Shown: one piece after another, positions 18,258 through 27,925 of the stretch
How the letters are laid out: every line of letters starts with the position of its first letter
Numbering within the stretch: the stretch's first letter is position 1
From: Candidatus Collierbacteria bacterium RIFOXYD2_FULL_45_13
GTDB taxonomy: Bacteria > Patescibacteriota > Microgenomatia > UBA1400 > MFAQ01
Direction of reading: 5' to 3'
Length of the DNA: 64,000 nucleotides
Assembly (NCBI GenBank): GCA_001774685.1
Contig: MFAS01000001.1
Span: 543,557-607,556 of the forward strand
Notes under the pieces: model-generated
The model's input: only the letters and a program-made list of their open reading frames with translations
What the model was told of the DNA's origin: nothing
Database searches by the model: none
Position numbers and translations under genes: made by a program

Positions 18258-20096
18258 CTACTCAATCTTGTATATTTTTACGATAGGCCCTAAGTTGTTT
18301 CTAGGAACAAACTCTTTTATCAGACTTACCCCCTCCACCATATCATCTAGAAGTTGTAAAAAGTACTCCCTTTCTCTCTTGACCATATAATACAAAAGTT
18401 CGTGTTGAGTGCCTTTTTGGACATCCTTTAAATTGGATGCAAAAGGAATGACATTGTCTATTAAGTAATAGTCCATCAAAAAAACCTTCCTGGGATCATC
18501 GTTTGTTAACGCCATACCATAGGTGTAACTATTGATTACAATATACTTGACACCTTCCTCTTTGAGATGATCTATAGGTTTAAAATTAAAATAAGCGTAA
18601 ACATCTCTCATTGTCGCGTCTTTCTTTGCTCTTTCAACCGCCTTGTTGGGCATGTCGCTTGGCCAAACCGGTTCAGATTTTGAATCTATCATTTCAACAA
18701 TCTCATAATTTGCAGCACCGGATTCCTGCCCCGACAGTTCTTGTTTGATCGCGCTTGGTAGTTGATAGTCATAATATTCCCTAGCCACACGGTTCCTTAA
18801 CATTATTGGATAGGTACTGGGAAGAGAAACTGAATATGCCGGATAATCAACGGCAATCTTCGTGTCAGAAGGGATATTTTCTAATATCCACGCCCTTGCC
18901 TCCTGTCTTGTTTCGGGTAACTGCTTTTTTTTGTTTCCATTTAAAATCGCTGAGGCATTTGGTAAGATCACTGCAGATGCCAGGACAATTACCGATATAA
19001 ATTTAAGATTGATATTTTTAAATAAATTTGACAGCTCCTTAGCCGCGAACATTAAAGATATTGGGATTAGCCCAACAAAAAGGTGCATCCATCTATATGC
19101 CCACTGATAAAAGAAAATGAAGTAAGTTAGGGATATAACTAAGTACAAGATATCCAGCTTACTTCTTCTGAAAACCGCCATAATTGTGGCATAAACCACC
19201 AGTAGTCCAATAATGTAATCACGCCTGACGAGCTCATAATAAAACCAATAAATAATACTTGGTATGTTATAGTGAAAAAATTGAGTCGAAGAAAAGGCCA
19301 CCTTACCCGCACCTGAACCTTGTAGGAAAAAGTGAAGTGATTCATCAAATCGAAAGAACCAGTTTAGATTGCCCAGCACTCCAATACCAAAAGCGAATAC
19401 GGAATAAGTAATCCAATTCAATAAGACATTCTTTTTACTCTTTTGCCTGGAAACAAAATCCATTAAAAAGAGTAAAAAGACCGCCGGAAATAATAGCACT
19501 GTTGTTTGGTGCGACGCCACAGCAAATCCCATTGCAATCCCTCCAATTGCATATGTTTTGCGGTTCGGGTTGACACAAATCAAACTAATTCCCAAAAAAG
19601 CTATCAAAGACGATAGTGCTGACAAAGTCTGATGAACGGCGTACTGGGATTCAAAGACAAGTTGCCATTCCAGAGCCACGAACAACGCGGCAATTAAACC
19701 TGTTATTTTAGACTTTGCTATAGAATTACCCCACAAGTACCCTATCAAGATAGTCAGGCTACCCAAAATTGTAGTGACTATGCGTGAAATGAAAACTACA
19801 GTAGATGGATCCTGAAAAAATTTTACGGCAAAGTCCGTCGTATCTCTAAAATATCCTGCAAAAGTTCCAAAAATAAAATATACCCCAAAAGCTATCAATA
19901 AAAAGTATTTATGAAATAATGGATAGTTGATATCTACCGGGATTGGAGACATTCTCTGTCCCATCGACATCGAATCCAAAATAATTCTCGCCTCATCGGG
20001 GTGAAAAAGATCTGGGAGTCCAAATCCAATTCCGGAGATGCGGAAAAAGAAACCAAATAAGAATATCAGTATGAGAAGCACTTTAAGTCTGTTCAC
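18258..20096 (-). CDS. ArnT/PMT-like GT-C glycosyltransferase
   Basis: 612 aa. First loop contains GLPDLFHPDEARIIL (catalytic DE-type motif); about 11 TM helices; large C-terminal soluble domain. Confidence 0.6.
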   Translation of the reverse strand: MNRLKVLLILIFLFGFFFRISGIGFGLPDLFHPDEARIILDSMSMGQRMSPIPVDINYPLFHKYFLLIAFGVYFIFGTFAGYFRDTTDFAVKFFQDPSTVVFISRIVTTILGSLTILIGYLWGNSIAKSKITGLIAALFVALEWQLVFESQYAVHQTLSALSSLIAFLGISLICVNPNRKTYAIGGIAMGFAVASHQTTVLLFPAVFLLFLMDFVSRQKSKKNVLLNWITYSVFAFGIGVLGNLNWFFRFDESLHFFLQGSGAGKVAFSSTQFFHYNIPSIIYWFYYELVRRDYIIGLLVVYATIMAVFRRSKLDILYLVISLTYFIFFYQWAYRWMHLFVGLIPISLMFAAKELSNLFKNINLKFISVIVLASAVILPNASAILNGNKKKQLPETRQEARAWILENIPSDTKIAVDYPAYSVSLPSTYPIMLRNRVAREYYDYQLPSAIKQELSGQESGAANYEIVEMIDSKSEPVWPSDMPNKAVERAKKDATMRDVYAYFNFKPIDHLKEEGVKYIVINSYTYGMALTNDDPRKVFLMDYYLIDNVIPFASNLKDVQKGTQHELLYYMVKREREYFLQLLDDMVEGVSLIKEFVPRNNLGPIVKIYKIE

Positions 20097-20183
20097 AACC
20101 GTTATTATAAATAAAAAAGTATCGTTAAACCTGTTTAAAAGACTGGAAACATTCTTATTGGCATTGGTTTATCATAAATAAAG

Positions 20184-22412
20184 TTGAAACCTTTCTATTT
20201 AGGCATACCAAAACTCATTTCGGGATCAATCTACTTGATAATCAGTATTATAGTAGTAATCATGCCGTGGTTCTGGATTCCAGAGGGTTTTGTCTATACT
20301 TCAGAAGAGCCAAATTTCATCAACTACGATATCAAGATCGACCGCGCCCTTACTATGTGGTCCAAAGACAATGGTTTTGGTGCTGCAGGCGATCCTTCAA
20401 ATCAGTCGCTTTTGATACCAAACGCATTCTTCTACCATTATCTAAGAGAGCTTGGGTTAGATCGCTCACAAACACAACGGTTATTTATCTCTTTTATTTT
20501 TCTATCCATCACCTATAGCTTCTGGTTATTTTCCACCCTCTTTACTAAAGAGAAATTTCTGAGATCTATGGGTATGCTGGTCTATATCTTTAATTTCTAC
20601 GTTGTTACTTCGATTGGATACACTGCCAAAACGCTCCAACTTGTTCTTATGCCCGCTCTTTTTTACATTGTTTACAGATACATAAAAACCAGAGAAATAA
20701 AATATCTATTTCTTAGCTATATTTGGTTATTTATTTTCCAAGGGGTTTTTACCAACCTACCATTGGCGGTTACCTCTCTGGCAATGTACTTAGTTGCACT
20801 ATTATATTATCTATTCACCGAAGATAACTGGAACAAAAAAACGGTGCTCGTTGATTTCATTGTTTTGGTCACCTTGACTGTTCCTGTATTGTTGCCGCAC
20901 TTCATAATTTACCTTACGGTCCTAACAGCCATGAAGGAAATGCCGGCGCTTTTTACCTTTACCGCCATAGGCGCTCCCTTAAGTCTCCTGTTTCAGATGC
21001 GTGGCGCTTGGTGGGAAAAATCCGGACATTTAGGGGTTTTGTATTTCAATCTGGGAAAGTTTTATAGTCACTTTTTGACAGTAATATCGGCGGTCATAGG
21101 TATTGGCATGATTATTATTTCCACTATCGTCGTAACGTGGGACAAGTCTGTAAATAATCGAAGAAACCCCACTTTCTGGCTAGCCGCATACTTACTGGGT
21201 ATCGGACTTGCCAGTGGTTTCTATTTTCTGCCTGGTTTTTATCATTTTATGATGGAGCATATACCGATGATGGTAATGTTCAGAGAGACTTGGGCAAAAT
21301 TCGTACCCCTTGTTGTCCTTTCGGTAGCTGCCATGACACTGGTATTGTTAGACTATCTAAGTAAAAATGACCGTAAAAGGTTTTTTATTACCTTACTCAC
21401 AATAGTCATTTATTTAGGAGTGCAGAGTTATCCCTTTTTTTCCGGAAGTATAGTTGACAGAGAAGTATTGAGCTGGAAGAGACGAGTGGTTAAAATTCCT
21501 CAATATTGGGAGGAGTACAGTGATTGGACAAAAGCAAATCAGAAGGTAATCTTGCCTATACCTTTTGGGGTGACACCATTCGATTCGCTTTATAGATGGA
21601 GTCCCGAGGATATTGGAAATACGATACTACCAGTACCTTGCATCTTAGGTCAGACCAACGTAATTTGTAACAACAATACCGATAAATATATCAACATTCT
21701 TAAAGCGTTTACTGATCGTAGAAGTTTTGATTGGCTCCAGATGGGAGGTGTTGAGATGGTCATGATACAAGAGGATCTGGATACTTCCAGCTACTCTGAT
21801 AAACATAGCTGGCAAATGAAAGAGATTCTAAACTACGTGGATGCGGCTCCGGTTGCCAGTTTCGGAGGTAAATTAAGGATTTACAAGATACGAGACCAGT
21901 ACTCAAGACCGATTGTCTATGCTACGCAAGAAGTTTTATCCATCGACAGAAATAATAAAGTTACCGATCTTCCCTTAAACGATCTCATCGGTCGTGGTAT
22001 TTTTGTTAACACCAGTGACCTCGTCTTGCCTCCTAACAAGACAGTCCTTCCGGAAGTCTCTACTCAAAAAATCTCTCAGACAGAATATGGTGTTGAGATT
22101 TTAAATGCCAGCGAACCCTTCGTTTTAGTATTAAATCAATCTTTTGACCGCAACTGGAACTTGAATATTGGTGGTAAGGATCTTGAGACTCAACATTTCT
22201 TGGTTAACGGATTTGCAAATGGGTGGTTTATTGAACCCGGACTAATCTGTGACCAAAAACCTTGTGACATAAAAATAAAAATTGAGTTTCGGCCTCAACA
22301 ATTTTTCAGATACAGTGTCAAAACAAGTCTTATGTTCTTTTTAATTTCCGTTTCACTTGTCATCCTTATCTTTATTAGGAATACGTTTTTCGGAAAACAT
22401 GAGACTCATTAA
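20184..22412 (+). CDS. large polytopic membrane protein, YfhO-like GT-C glycosyltransferase candidate
   Basis: 742 aa with more than 12 TM segments. C-terminal …SFDRNWNLNIGGKDLETQHFLVNGFANGWFI resembles the conserved YfhO/AftD-type C-terminus (SYDPGWKA..DG…). Confidence 0.4.
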   Translation: MKPFYLGIPKLISGSIYLIISIIVVIMPWFWIPEGFVYTSEEPNFINYDIKIDRALTMWSKDNGFGAAGDPSNQSLLIPNAFFYHYLRELGLDRSQTQRLFISFIFLSITYSFWLFSTLFTKEKFLRSMGMLVYIFNFYVVTSIGYTAKTLQLVLMPALFYIVYRYIKTREIKYLFLSYIWLFIFQGVFTNLPLAVTSLAMYLVALLYYLFTEDNWNKKTVLVDFIVLVTLTVPVLLPHFIIYLTVLTAMKEMPALFTFTAIGAPLSLLFQMRGAWWEKSGHLGVLYFNLGKFYSHFLTVISAVIGIGMIIISTIVVTWDKSVNNRRNPTFWLAAYLLGIGLASGFYFLPGFYHFMMEHIPMMVMFRETWAKFVPLVVLSVAAMTLVLLDYLSKNDRKRFFITLLTIVIYLGVQSYPFFSGSIVDREVLSWKRRVVKIPQYWEEYSDWTKANQKVILPIPFGVTPFDSLYRWSPEDIGNTILPVPCILGQTNVICNNNTDKYINILKAFTDRRSFDWLQMGGVEMVMIQEDLDTSSYSDKHSWQMKEILNYVDAAPVASFGGKLRIYKIRDQYSRPIVYATQEVLSIDRNNKVTDLPLNDLIGRGIFVNTSDLVLPPNKTVLPEVSTQKISQTEYGVEILNASEPFVLVLNQSFDRNWNLNIGGKDLETQHFLVNGFANGWFIEPGLICDQKPCDIKIKIEFRPQQFFRYSVKTSLMFFLISVSLVILIFIRNTFFGKHETH

Positions 22413-24180
22413 ATCAAATCTGATCATCTTCGCTCTTGTATTTATATGGATAATCTTTATTGGATCTTATCTCCGCGGTGTTAATTATTTTTCCTTATCC
22501 CTTGAACAACCGATTCCAGGTCAATCCCTGGGTGACTATAGGGGGGACCCGTTGCTTCAAGAGCATGTTGTGGAATTTGACTATCCATCAAACCATCCTT
22601 ATCTTAGTTCCGTTATTGTCAACTTTAATACCTTCTATAAAAAAAATACCGACACATTACGTTTCAGTATAAAAGAAGTTGGTCAGAAAGGCTGGTATTA
22701 CCAAGGTGATTACGGTACCGGTCAGATTCAACAGTTCCAAAAGTACTATTTCAAATTCCCTACGATTGCAGAATCCTCAGGAAAGATCTATCAGATTAAA
22801 ATTGAATCTCTTGGTGGTGCGGAAGGGGACTACGTGGCAATAGCCAGTCCTTTGGAAAATTCAGTAAAGGTGGAACACGCATTCTCAAAAGAGAGACTAA
22901 GTGAAGATATCGGCCAAATCTTGTATTTAGCTTTTCATAAAGCCACTTTTCTAGTTTCCGACCCATTGTTCATAAGACACCTCACACTATATTCTTTGCC
23001 TCTTATTTATTTTCTTATTTACTCACTTGTGGGATCGAGCATGGGAGTTTTTTCCGTAATCATATTTTTATCAATTTTACTCAACTCATTACTTCTCAGG
23101 GGATTCTCGGCATTTTTCATGTTATCGGTTATGTTTGGATGGAGTTTGATGATCCTACACCACAGAGTCGAGAGCAAAGTATCAGTATCGGTTTCACTCT
23201 CCGCTTTTCTTCTATCGATAATCTTTTATTTGTTGGGGGTTAGTGTCGTAGGCGATAAGCTTGCCGCTTGGACATATATGTTTCTATTGTTTACTGTTGT
23301 CCAGCTCTTTTACGAGACAAAACTAAGGCCCAAGAAGTTATTGTCGCTCCATAGATATTGGCACGATCTTGTTGCCGAGGGACGGACTATGGCCGCTTTG
23401 ACTTATCAGATTATTGTAGGAGAGGTGAACATCTCTGTCGAAAGAGGAAAATATAATTTAGGTACTAAGGACGGCGCAATCTTGGGCAGTGATAAATCTC
23501 CGGAATTGGTCACCTTGGTAGTCTACCGTTGGCAAGCACCCATGGTAAGAACTTACATTTACACCTCTAGATTTTTGGCCTACATGACAGTCATGGTAGT
23601 TAAAGTCATTAGTAAGATACTCTCGCACGGACCATTTATTATTTTCGGATGGCTATTGTGGGTGCTCTTCCGTCAAACTAGGGAACAGATTAACTTCTTC
23701 TACGCGTTTTTCCCTGACAGGCAAATGGACTATTTTTGGGATCAGGTTGGAAATAACCTATTAAAAATATACCTTTTTGTCCTGCTTATCTTTTTCGTAC
23801 TACTCCTTATCAAAAAACTGGACCTCAGAAGAAAAGTTCTTATCTTAACGGTCATGTTTTACTTTTGTACTATCATCTCTCATTCATTATTTACCAACGC
23901 GACTCCTTACCGCAACGACCTTAAGATATGGTCCGTTTCACCCGGAGAGACCGCAGAACCCTGGGTCGACGTGGCAATTAGAGGCAGGAATTTCAGAGAA
24001 ATGCCTTTCGCCGGTACAGTTTGGATCGACGGAGTTGAACAGAGAGTTGTAGTATGGGGAGATCGAGAAATTATCTTTCGGACTGATCCATTTACTACCA
24101 GATCGGGTAACCTCACAGTAAAAGGTTACAAGAAAACCATAAGTAATTCCGTATTCTTTATATACTCGGGAAACCGGTAG
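22399..24180 (+). CDS. polytopic membrane protein with C-terminal IPT/TIG (Ig-like) domain
   Basis: ATG at 22399 overlaps the upstream stop by 14 nt; the track TTG at 22357 is less likely. N-terminal TM, ~180-aa soluble domain, about 10 TM helices. C-terminus …SVSPGETAEPWVDVAIRGRNF…GTVWIDGVEQ… is IPT-like. Confidence 0.4.
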   Translation: MRLIKSNLIIFALVFIWIIFIGSYLRGVNYFSLSLEQPIPGQSLGDYRGDPLLQEHVVEFDYPSNHPYLSSVIVNFNTFYKKNTDTLRFSIKEVGQKGWYYQGDYGTGQIQQFQKYYFKFPTIAESSGKIYQIKIESLGGAEGDYVAIASPLENSVKVEHAFSKERLSEDIGQILYLAFHKATFLVSDPLFIRHLTLYSLPLIYFLIYSLVGSSMGVFSVIIFLSILLNSLLLRGFSAFFMLSVMFGWSLMILHHRVESKVSVSVSLSAFLLSIIFYLLGVSVVGDKLAAWTYMFLLFTVVQLFYETKLRPKKLLSLHRYWHDLVAEGRTMAALTYQIIVGEVNISVERGKYNLGTKDGAILGSDKSPELVTLVVYRWQAPMVRTYIYTSRFLAYMTVMVVKVISKILSHGPFIIFGWLLWVLFRQTREQINFFYAFFPDRQMDYFWDQVGNNLLKIYLFVLLIFFVLLLIKKLDLRRKVLILTVMFYFCTIISHSLFTNATPYRNDLKIWSVSPGETAEPWVDVAIRGRNFREMPFAGTVWIDGVEQRVVVWGDREIIFRTDPFTTRSGNLTVKGYKKTISNSVFFIYSGNR

Positions 24181-24194
24181 GATAGAATATATCT

Positions 24195-25643
24195 GTGACA
24201 TGGATTAAAAAAAACATTTGGGAAATTTTGCTAGTCTGCGCACTCTTTTTTTTCGGGCTCTACTTTAGATTAAAAGGCATTAGTTCAAATCACTCTTTTT
24301 GGGCTGACGAAGCTCTGGTTAGTTCTATCGCCCGTGACATAGTTCAGGGGAAAATTAATCTATGGGATGGAGTTAATCTTCAGCACTACCAAAGATTACA
24401 AATCCTTACCACGGCTGTATCCTTAAAATTTTTTGGAATCTCAGAATGGAGCGCTAGATTGCCAAGCGTGCTTTGGGGAAGTGCCGGTATTGTTTTTGCC
24501 TATCTCATAAGTAAAAAACACTCCAACATCTGGGGTGGTTTTCTAGCTTCAATCTTATTTTCTCTCTTGCAGTTAAATTTGGCTTACTCTACCCAGGCCA
24601 AGCCATATTCCGCCATATCGACATTATTTTTGATGGCAATTTACTTCGCCGAAAAGAATCTATTAATTACTTTCACTATTGCCGTGGTGGCAACTTTATA
24701 TAACTACATTGGCATACTGACTTTCTTTCCCTTCGTTGCCCAGATCATACACCGATCGATTCAAATAAAAAATCCTAAGTTGCCGATTTTGATTCTGGGA
24801 TTTTTAATTACAATACTTCTTGGGTGGTTTTTGCACCTGGATATTATTCTAAAGATCCTTGTACGAACCCAGTATAACTGGGTCACATATCTCCGGGAAT
24901 TTTTTTGGCGACAATTTGCCTTTATTTCGTTGCCTGCCATGTTTGGCCTATTACTCATTAAGGACAAAAAAACCGCTTGGGGGATTGCGCTGGCCACGCT
25001 GTCACTCTTATTTGCCTGGAACTTCATTTTCTATAGTCACAACGTGCGTTACTTAATCCCGGTTGTTGGGCTAATTGTAGTTTTATTTGGAATCTTCTGG
25101 GGTAATGTCGGAGATAAAATGTTTAGGCAACCGGCGATTGTTTGCTTAAGCATAATGGCAATAATTTTTGCGGGCGGTTATAAAACCGTTCGCAAACCAG
25201 CTGTCTACTATACCCCCAATGCTGATTTTTTCGCAGACGTCCAAAACGCCGATTATCAAAACTTCTTTAGGAATTGGAAAGCTAAATATCCCGAATTTGA
25301 AAATGAGATCATTCTTGCGGGACCCTTCGACTCCTTGTCCTGGTATACAACTAGATACCCCTCAGCCACCTTTGATAAGACAAAAAAGGAAAGTGTCTAT
25401 TCCACCCAGTATGGTTTTTGGACTTATCCTGATATGACTAGTTTTGTTCGAATTATTTCGGGAAACGCCAGAGGTTTTGTGATGGTTCATGACTGGCAAT
25501 CCTTTATGCCGGACAACATCAAAGAGTACGTCAAGAAAACGATGAAACGTGAGCTGAGGGTCGAATCTATGGACGTATCGCCGGACGACAAGTGGCCGCT
25601 CGAGCTCTATTCTTGGGGATTTGATGCTAAAAAAACCGAATGA
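24195..25643 (+). CDS. ArnT/PMT-like GT-C glycosyltransferase
   Basis: First loop FWADEALVSSIARDI (DE motif); multi-TM; soluble C-terminal domain. Confidence 0.55.
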   Translation: MTWIKKNIWEILLVCALFFFGLYFRLKGISSNHSFWADEALVSSIARDIVQGKINLWDGVNLQHYQRLQILTTAVSLKFFGISEWSARLPSVLWGSAGIVFAYLISKKHSNIWGGFLASILFSLLQLNLAYSTQAKPYSAISTLFLMAIYFAEKNLLITFTIAVVATLYNYIGILTFFPFVAQIIHRSIQIKNPKLPILILGFLITILLGWFLHLDIILKILVRTQYNWVTYLREFFWRQFAFISLPAMFGLLLIKDKKTAWGIALATLSLLFAWNFIFYSHNVRYLIPVVGLIVVLFGIFWGNVGDKMFRQPAIVCLSIMAIIFAGGYKTVRKPAVYYTPNADFFADVQNADYQNFFRNWKAKYPEFENEIILAGPFDSLSWYTTRYPSATFDKTKKESVYSTQYGFWTYPDMTSFVRIISGNARGFVMVHDWQSFMPDNIKEYVKKTMKRELRVESMDVSPDDKWPLELYSWGFDAKKTE

Positions 25644-26401
25644 ATATCTCAGTCGTCATACCTACTTATAAACGACCAGGTCTCGCCGAGAATCTTAAGC
25701 AACAAATTTTGCTGTATTTTCCAAACTGCGAAGTGTTGATTATTGATCAAAGCGACTCTAGTGAGCCAAATACTTCCAGAGCCAAGAACGAAGGGATGAA
25801 AAAATCAACAGGGGAGATTGTTATCTTTTTCGATGATGATGTTGAAATTACCAAGGAAACTATTTCTGCCCACGTTCGAGAGTACGAAAATCCCAATGTC
25901 GTTGGTGTTTCCGGTAGAGTAATCAACGACGGTGAATCAGTTCCCTCGTCGAGCGATGTGGTGACCGGAGAAACCAATAATTATTTAACCAAATTTAACA
26001 AAAGTTTCTGGAGCACCAGGAAGCAGACGGTGGAGTTTGTCTATGGCTGCAATATGTCCTTTAGAAGAAAAGTATTATTAGCGGTCTCGGGCTTCGATGA
26101 AAAGTGGCCGACTCCGCTGTCAGCCTTCGAGGAAATTGACCTCAGTTTTCGGGTGGGGAAGCTAGGTCTTATCTCCTTTTCCCCTTCTGCTTTGGTTTAT
26201 CATCACCGTGCCGTATCCGGGGGTACCAGATTAGATCAGAAAAGCAGAAACGATCAGTATTACCTGTCTTATGGCAGATTGGTCTCCAAGCATGTGACTT
26301 TTCCTTTTAGTTTAGTTTCATTTGCCGTAATTGTAGTCAGAATAATGAAAGAATCCCCATCGTCAATTTCTTACTTCCTTACGGGTTTAATGATGTTATG
26401 A
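25640..26401 (+). CDS. glycosyltransferase family 2
   Basis: ISVVIPTYKRPGL...VLIIDQSD...FFDDDV (DxD). Confidence 0.6.
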   Translation: MNISVVIPTYKRPGLAENLKQQILLYFPNCEVLIIDQSDSSEPNTSRAKNEGMKKSTGEIVIFFDDDVEITKETISAHVREYENPNVVGVSGRVINDGESVPSSSDVVTGETNNYLTKFNKSFWSTRKQTVEFVYGCNMSFRRKVLLAVSGFDEKWPTPLSAFEEIDLSFRVGKLGLISFSPSALVYHHRAVSGGTRLDQKSRNDQYYLSYGRLVSKHVTFPFSLVSFAVIVVRIMKESPSSISYFLTGLMML

Positions 26402-26934
26402 ATATACAGACCTCCAAGTTCTCCAAAATTTTTCTGCGGTTCTTTTTAGTTGGTACATATCTTTACTTATTTATTTTCTATCTTCTGCATCAGCCCACTC
26501 GGACCACTTTAATCCCAACCGGTGAAGCGGTAAAACCAATTGTGTCTACAGAGAAAGTTGTTCGAATTATCGACGGTGATACTTTTGAAATCAACGGCGG
26601 CATCAAAGTTCGTCTCATTGGCGTCGACACTCCGGAGATGAAGAACAAGAACAAAACCGTCGATTGTTTTGCGAGAGAAGCCAGCCAAAAGCTAGGCTCT
26701 TTGATCTCCGGGCATGAAGTGCGATTAGAAAAAGACATCTCAGAAACAGACAAGTACGGACGACTTTTGAGATACGTCTATCTGGGGGACGAAATGATTA
26801 ACGACACCTTGGTCAAAGAAGGATATGCCAAGATCGCCACTTTCCCTCCTGATGTCAAAAATGCCGGTCTATTTCTGAGCAGTGAAAAATTCGCCAGAGA
26901 GTCCAAACTCGGTCTCTGGTCTGCGTGTCGATAG
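26398..26934 (+). CDS. membrane-anchored thermonuclease (staphylococcal nuclease/SNase-like)
   Basis: N-terminal TM, then RIIDGDTFEI...VRLIGVDTPE...DKYGRLLRYVY, which are SNase catalytic/Ca-binding motifs. Confidence 0.65.
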   Translation: MNIQTSKFSKIFLRFFLVGTYLYLFIFYLLHQPTRTTLIPTGEAVKPIVSTEKVVRIIDGDTFEINGGIKVRLIGVDTPEMKNKNKTVDCFAREASQKLGSLISGHEVRLEKDISETDKYGRLLRYVYLGDEMINDTLVKEGYAKIATFPPDVKNAGLFLSSEKFARESKLGLWSACR

Positions 26935-26953
26935 AATCTATATAATAGGCTTT

Positions 26954-27919
26954 GTGAAACAAAAGACTAGTCAATTCTTCGTTCGAGGGTCATCCAACAA
27001 ACTCCCGCTTACTATCGTCACCGCCGTCCTCAATGAAGAAAAGCTCCTGCCAGCCTTTCTGGGGCATATCCGTGACTTTGCGGACGAGGTTATTGTGGTA
27101 GTCGACTTTCGCACCACCGATCAAAGTGCCGCCGTGGCTAAAAAATTCGGTTGCAAGATCTTGTTTGACAAGGGTGAGTCGAGGGGTATCGTCTTTAACA
27201 ATAAGAACTGGGGAGCCTCAGAGGCTAATCATGGTTGGGTTATGGTTTTAGACGCCGATGAAAGAATGGATGAGACATTACAGGAAGAAGTCCGATCTAT
27301 AGTACTCGGGACTCATGCCAAACAGGCGGATGTCTACCAAACCAGTTTTATCAACTACGAATTCGGCAAGCTCTTCGAAAAAAGTGACCAGAAGAAGAAA
27401 CCCTTTGTTCGGTTATTTCGGAAAGGGGCCTTTACTTACCAGACGGGTTCTACCGCAGAAGGTTTCGGTATTCAAGCCGCCAGTCTCTCCTCCGGCCTAT
27501 GGTACGGCAAATATCTTTTGAAAATACCCCTTGTCAGATCTTGGTATCTCAACAAAATCAGAGGCGTTGTCACCCTCAAGGGCCATCTGGTACACCTCTC
27601 ACACCCTACGATTATGGACTTCATCAAAAAAATAGATCACTACTCGACCAGGGAAGCTCTGTTGCTTTTTGACAAAAATCAGAACAGACCCGATTGGTAC
27701 TTTCTTTTCAGGATGATCGTGTCTCCCTTGAAAGAATTTCTTTATAAATATTTTATTTGGCAGTTATACAAAGAAGGCCTACATGGCTATATTGCCTCAG
27801 TTGTCTATGGTTTCTACTACTTCCTCATCAACGCCAAATATTTCCGATACACTTACCGCAAAAAACATCTTAAAGAAATTGAATCCATTGGCAAGAAATA
27901 CGACTTAGAGGATTTGTAA
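26954..27919 (+). CDS. glycosyltransferase family 2
   Basis: LPLTIVTAVLNEEKLL...EVIVVVDFRTTD...VLDADE. GTG at ~26954 chosen because it follows the upstream stop; the track GTG at 26882 lies inside the SNase gene. Confidence 0.5.
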   Translation: MKQKTSQFFVRGSSNKLPLTIVTAVLNEEKLLPAFLGHIRDFADEVIVVVDFRTTDQSAAVAKKFGCKILFDKGESRGIVFNNKNWGASEANHGWVMVLDADERMDETLQEEVRSIVLGTHAKQADVYQTSFINYEFGKLFEKSDQKKKPFVRLFRKGAFTYQTGSTAEGFGIQAASLSSGLWYGKYLLKIPLVRSWYLNKIRGVVTLKGHLVHLSHPTIMDFIKKIDHYSTREALLLFDKNQNRPDWYFLFRMIVSPLKEFLYKYFIWQLYKEGLHGYIASVVYGFYYFLINAKYFRYTYRKKHLKEIESIGKKYDLEDL

Positions 27920-27925
27920 AATGAG

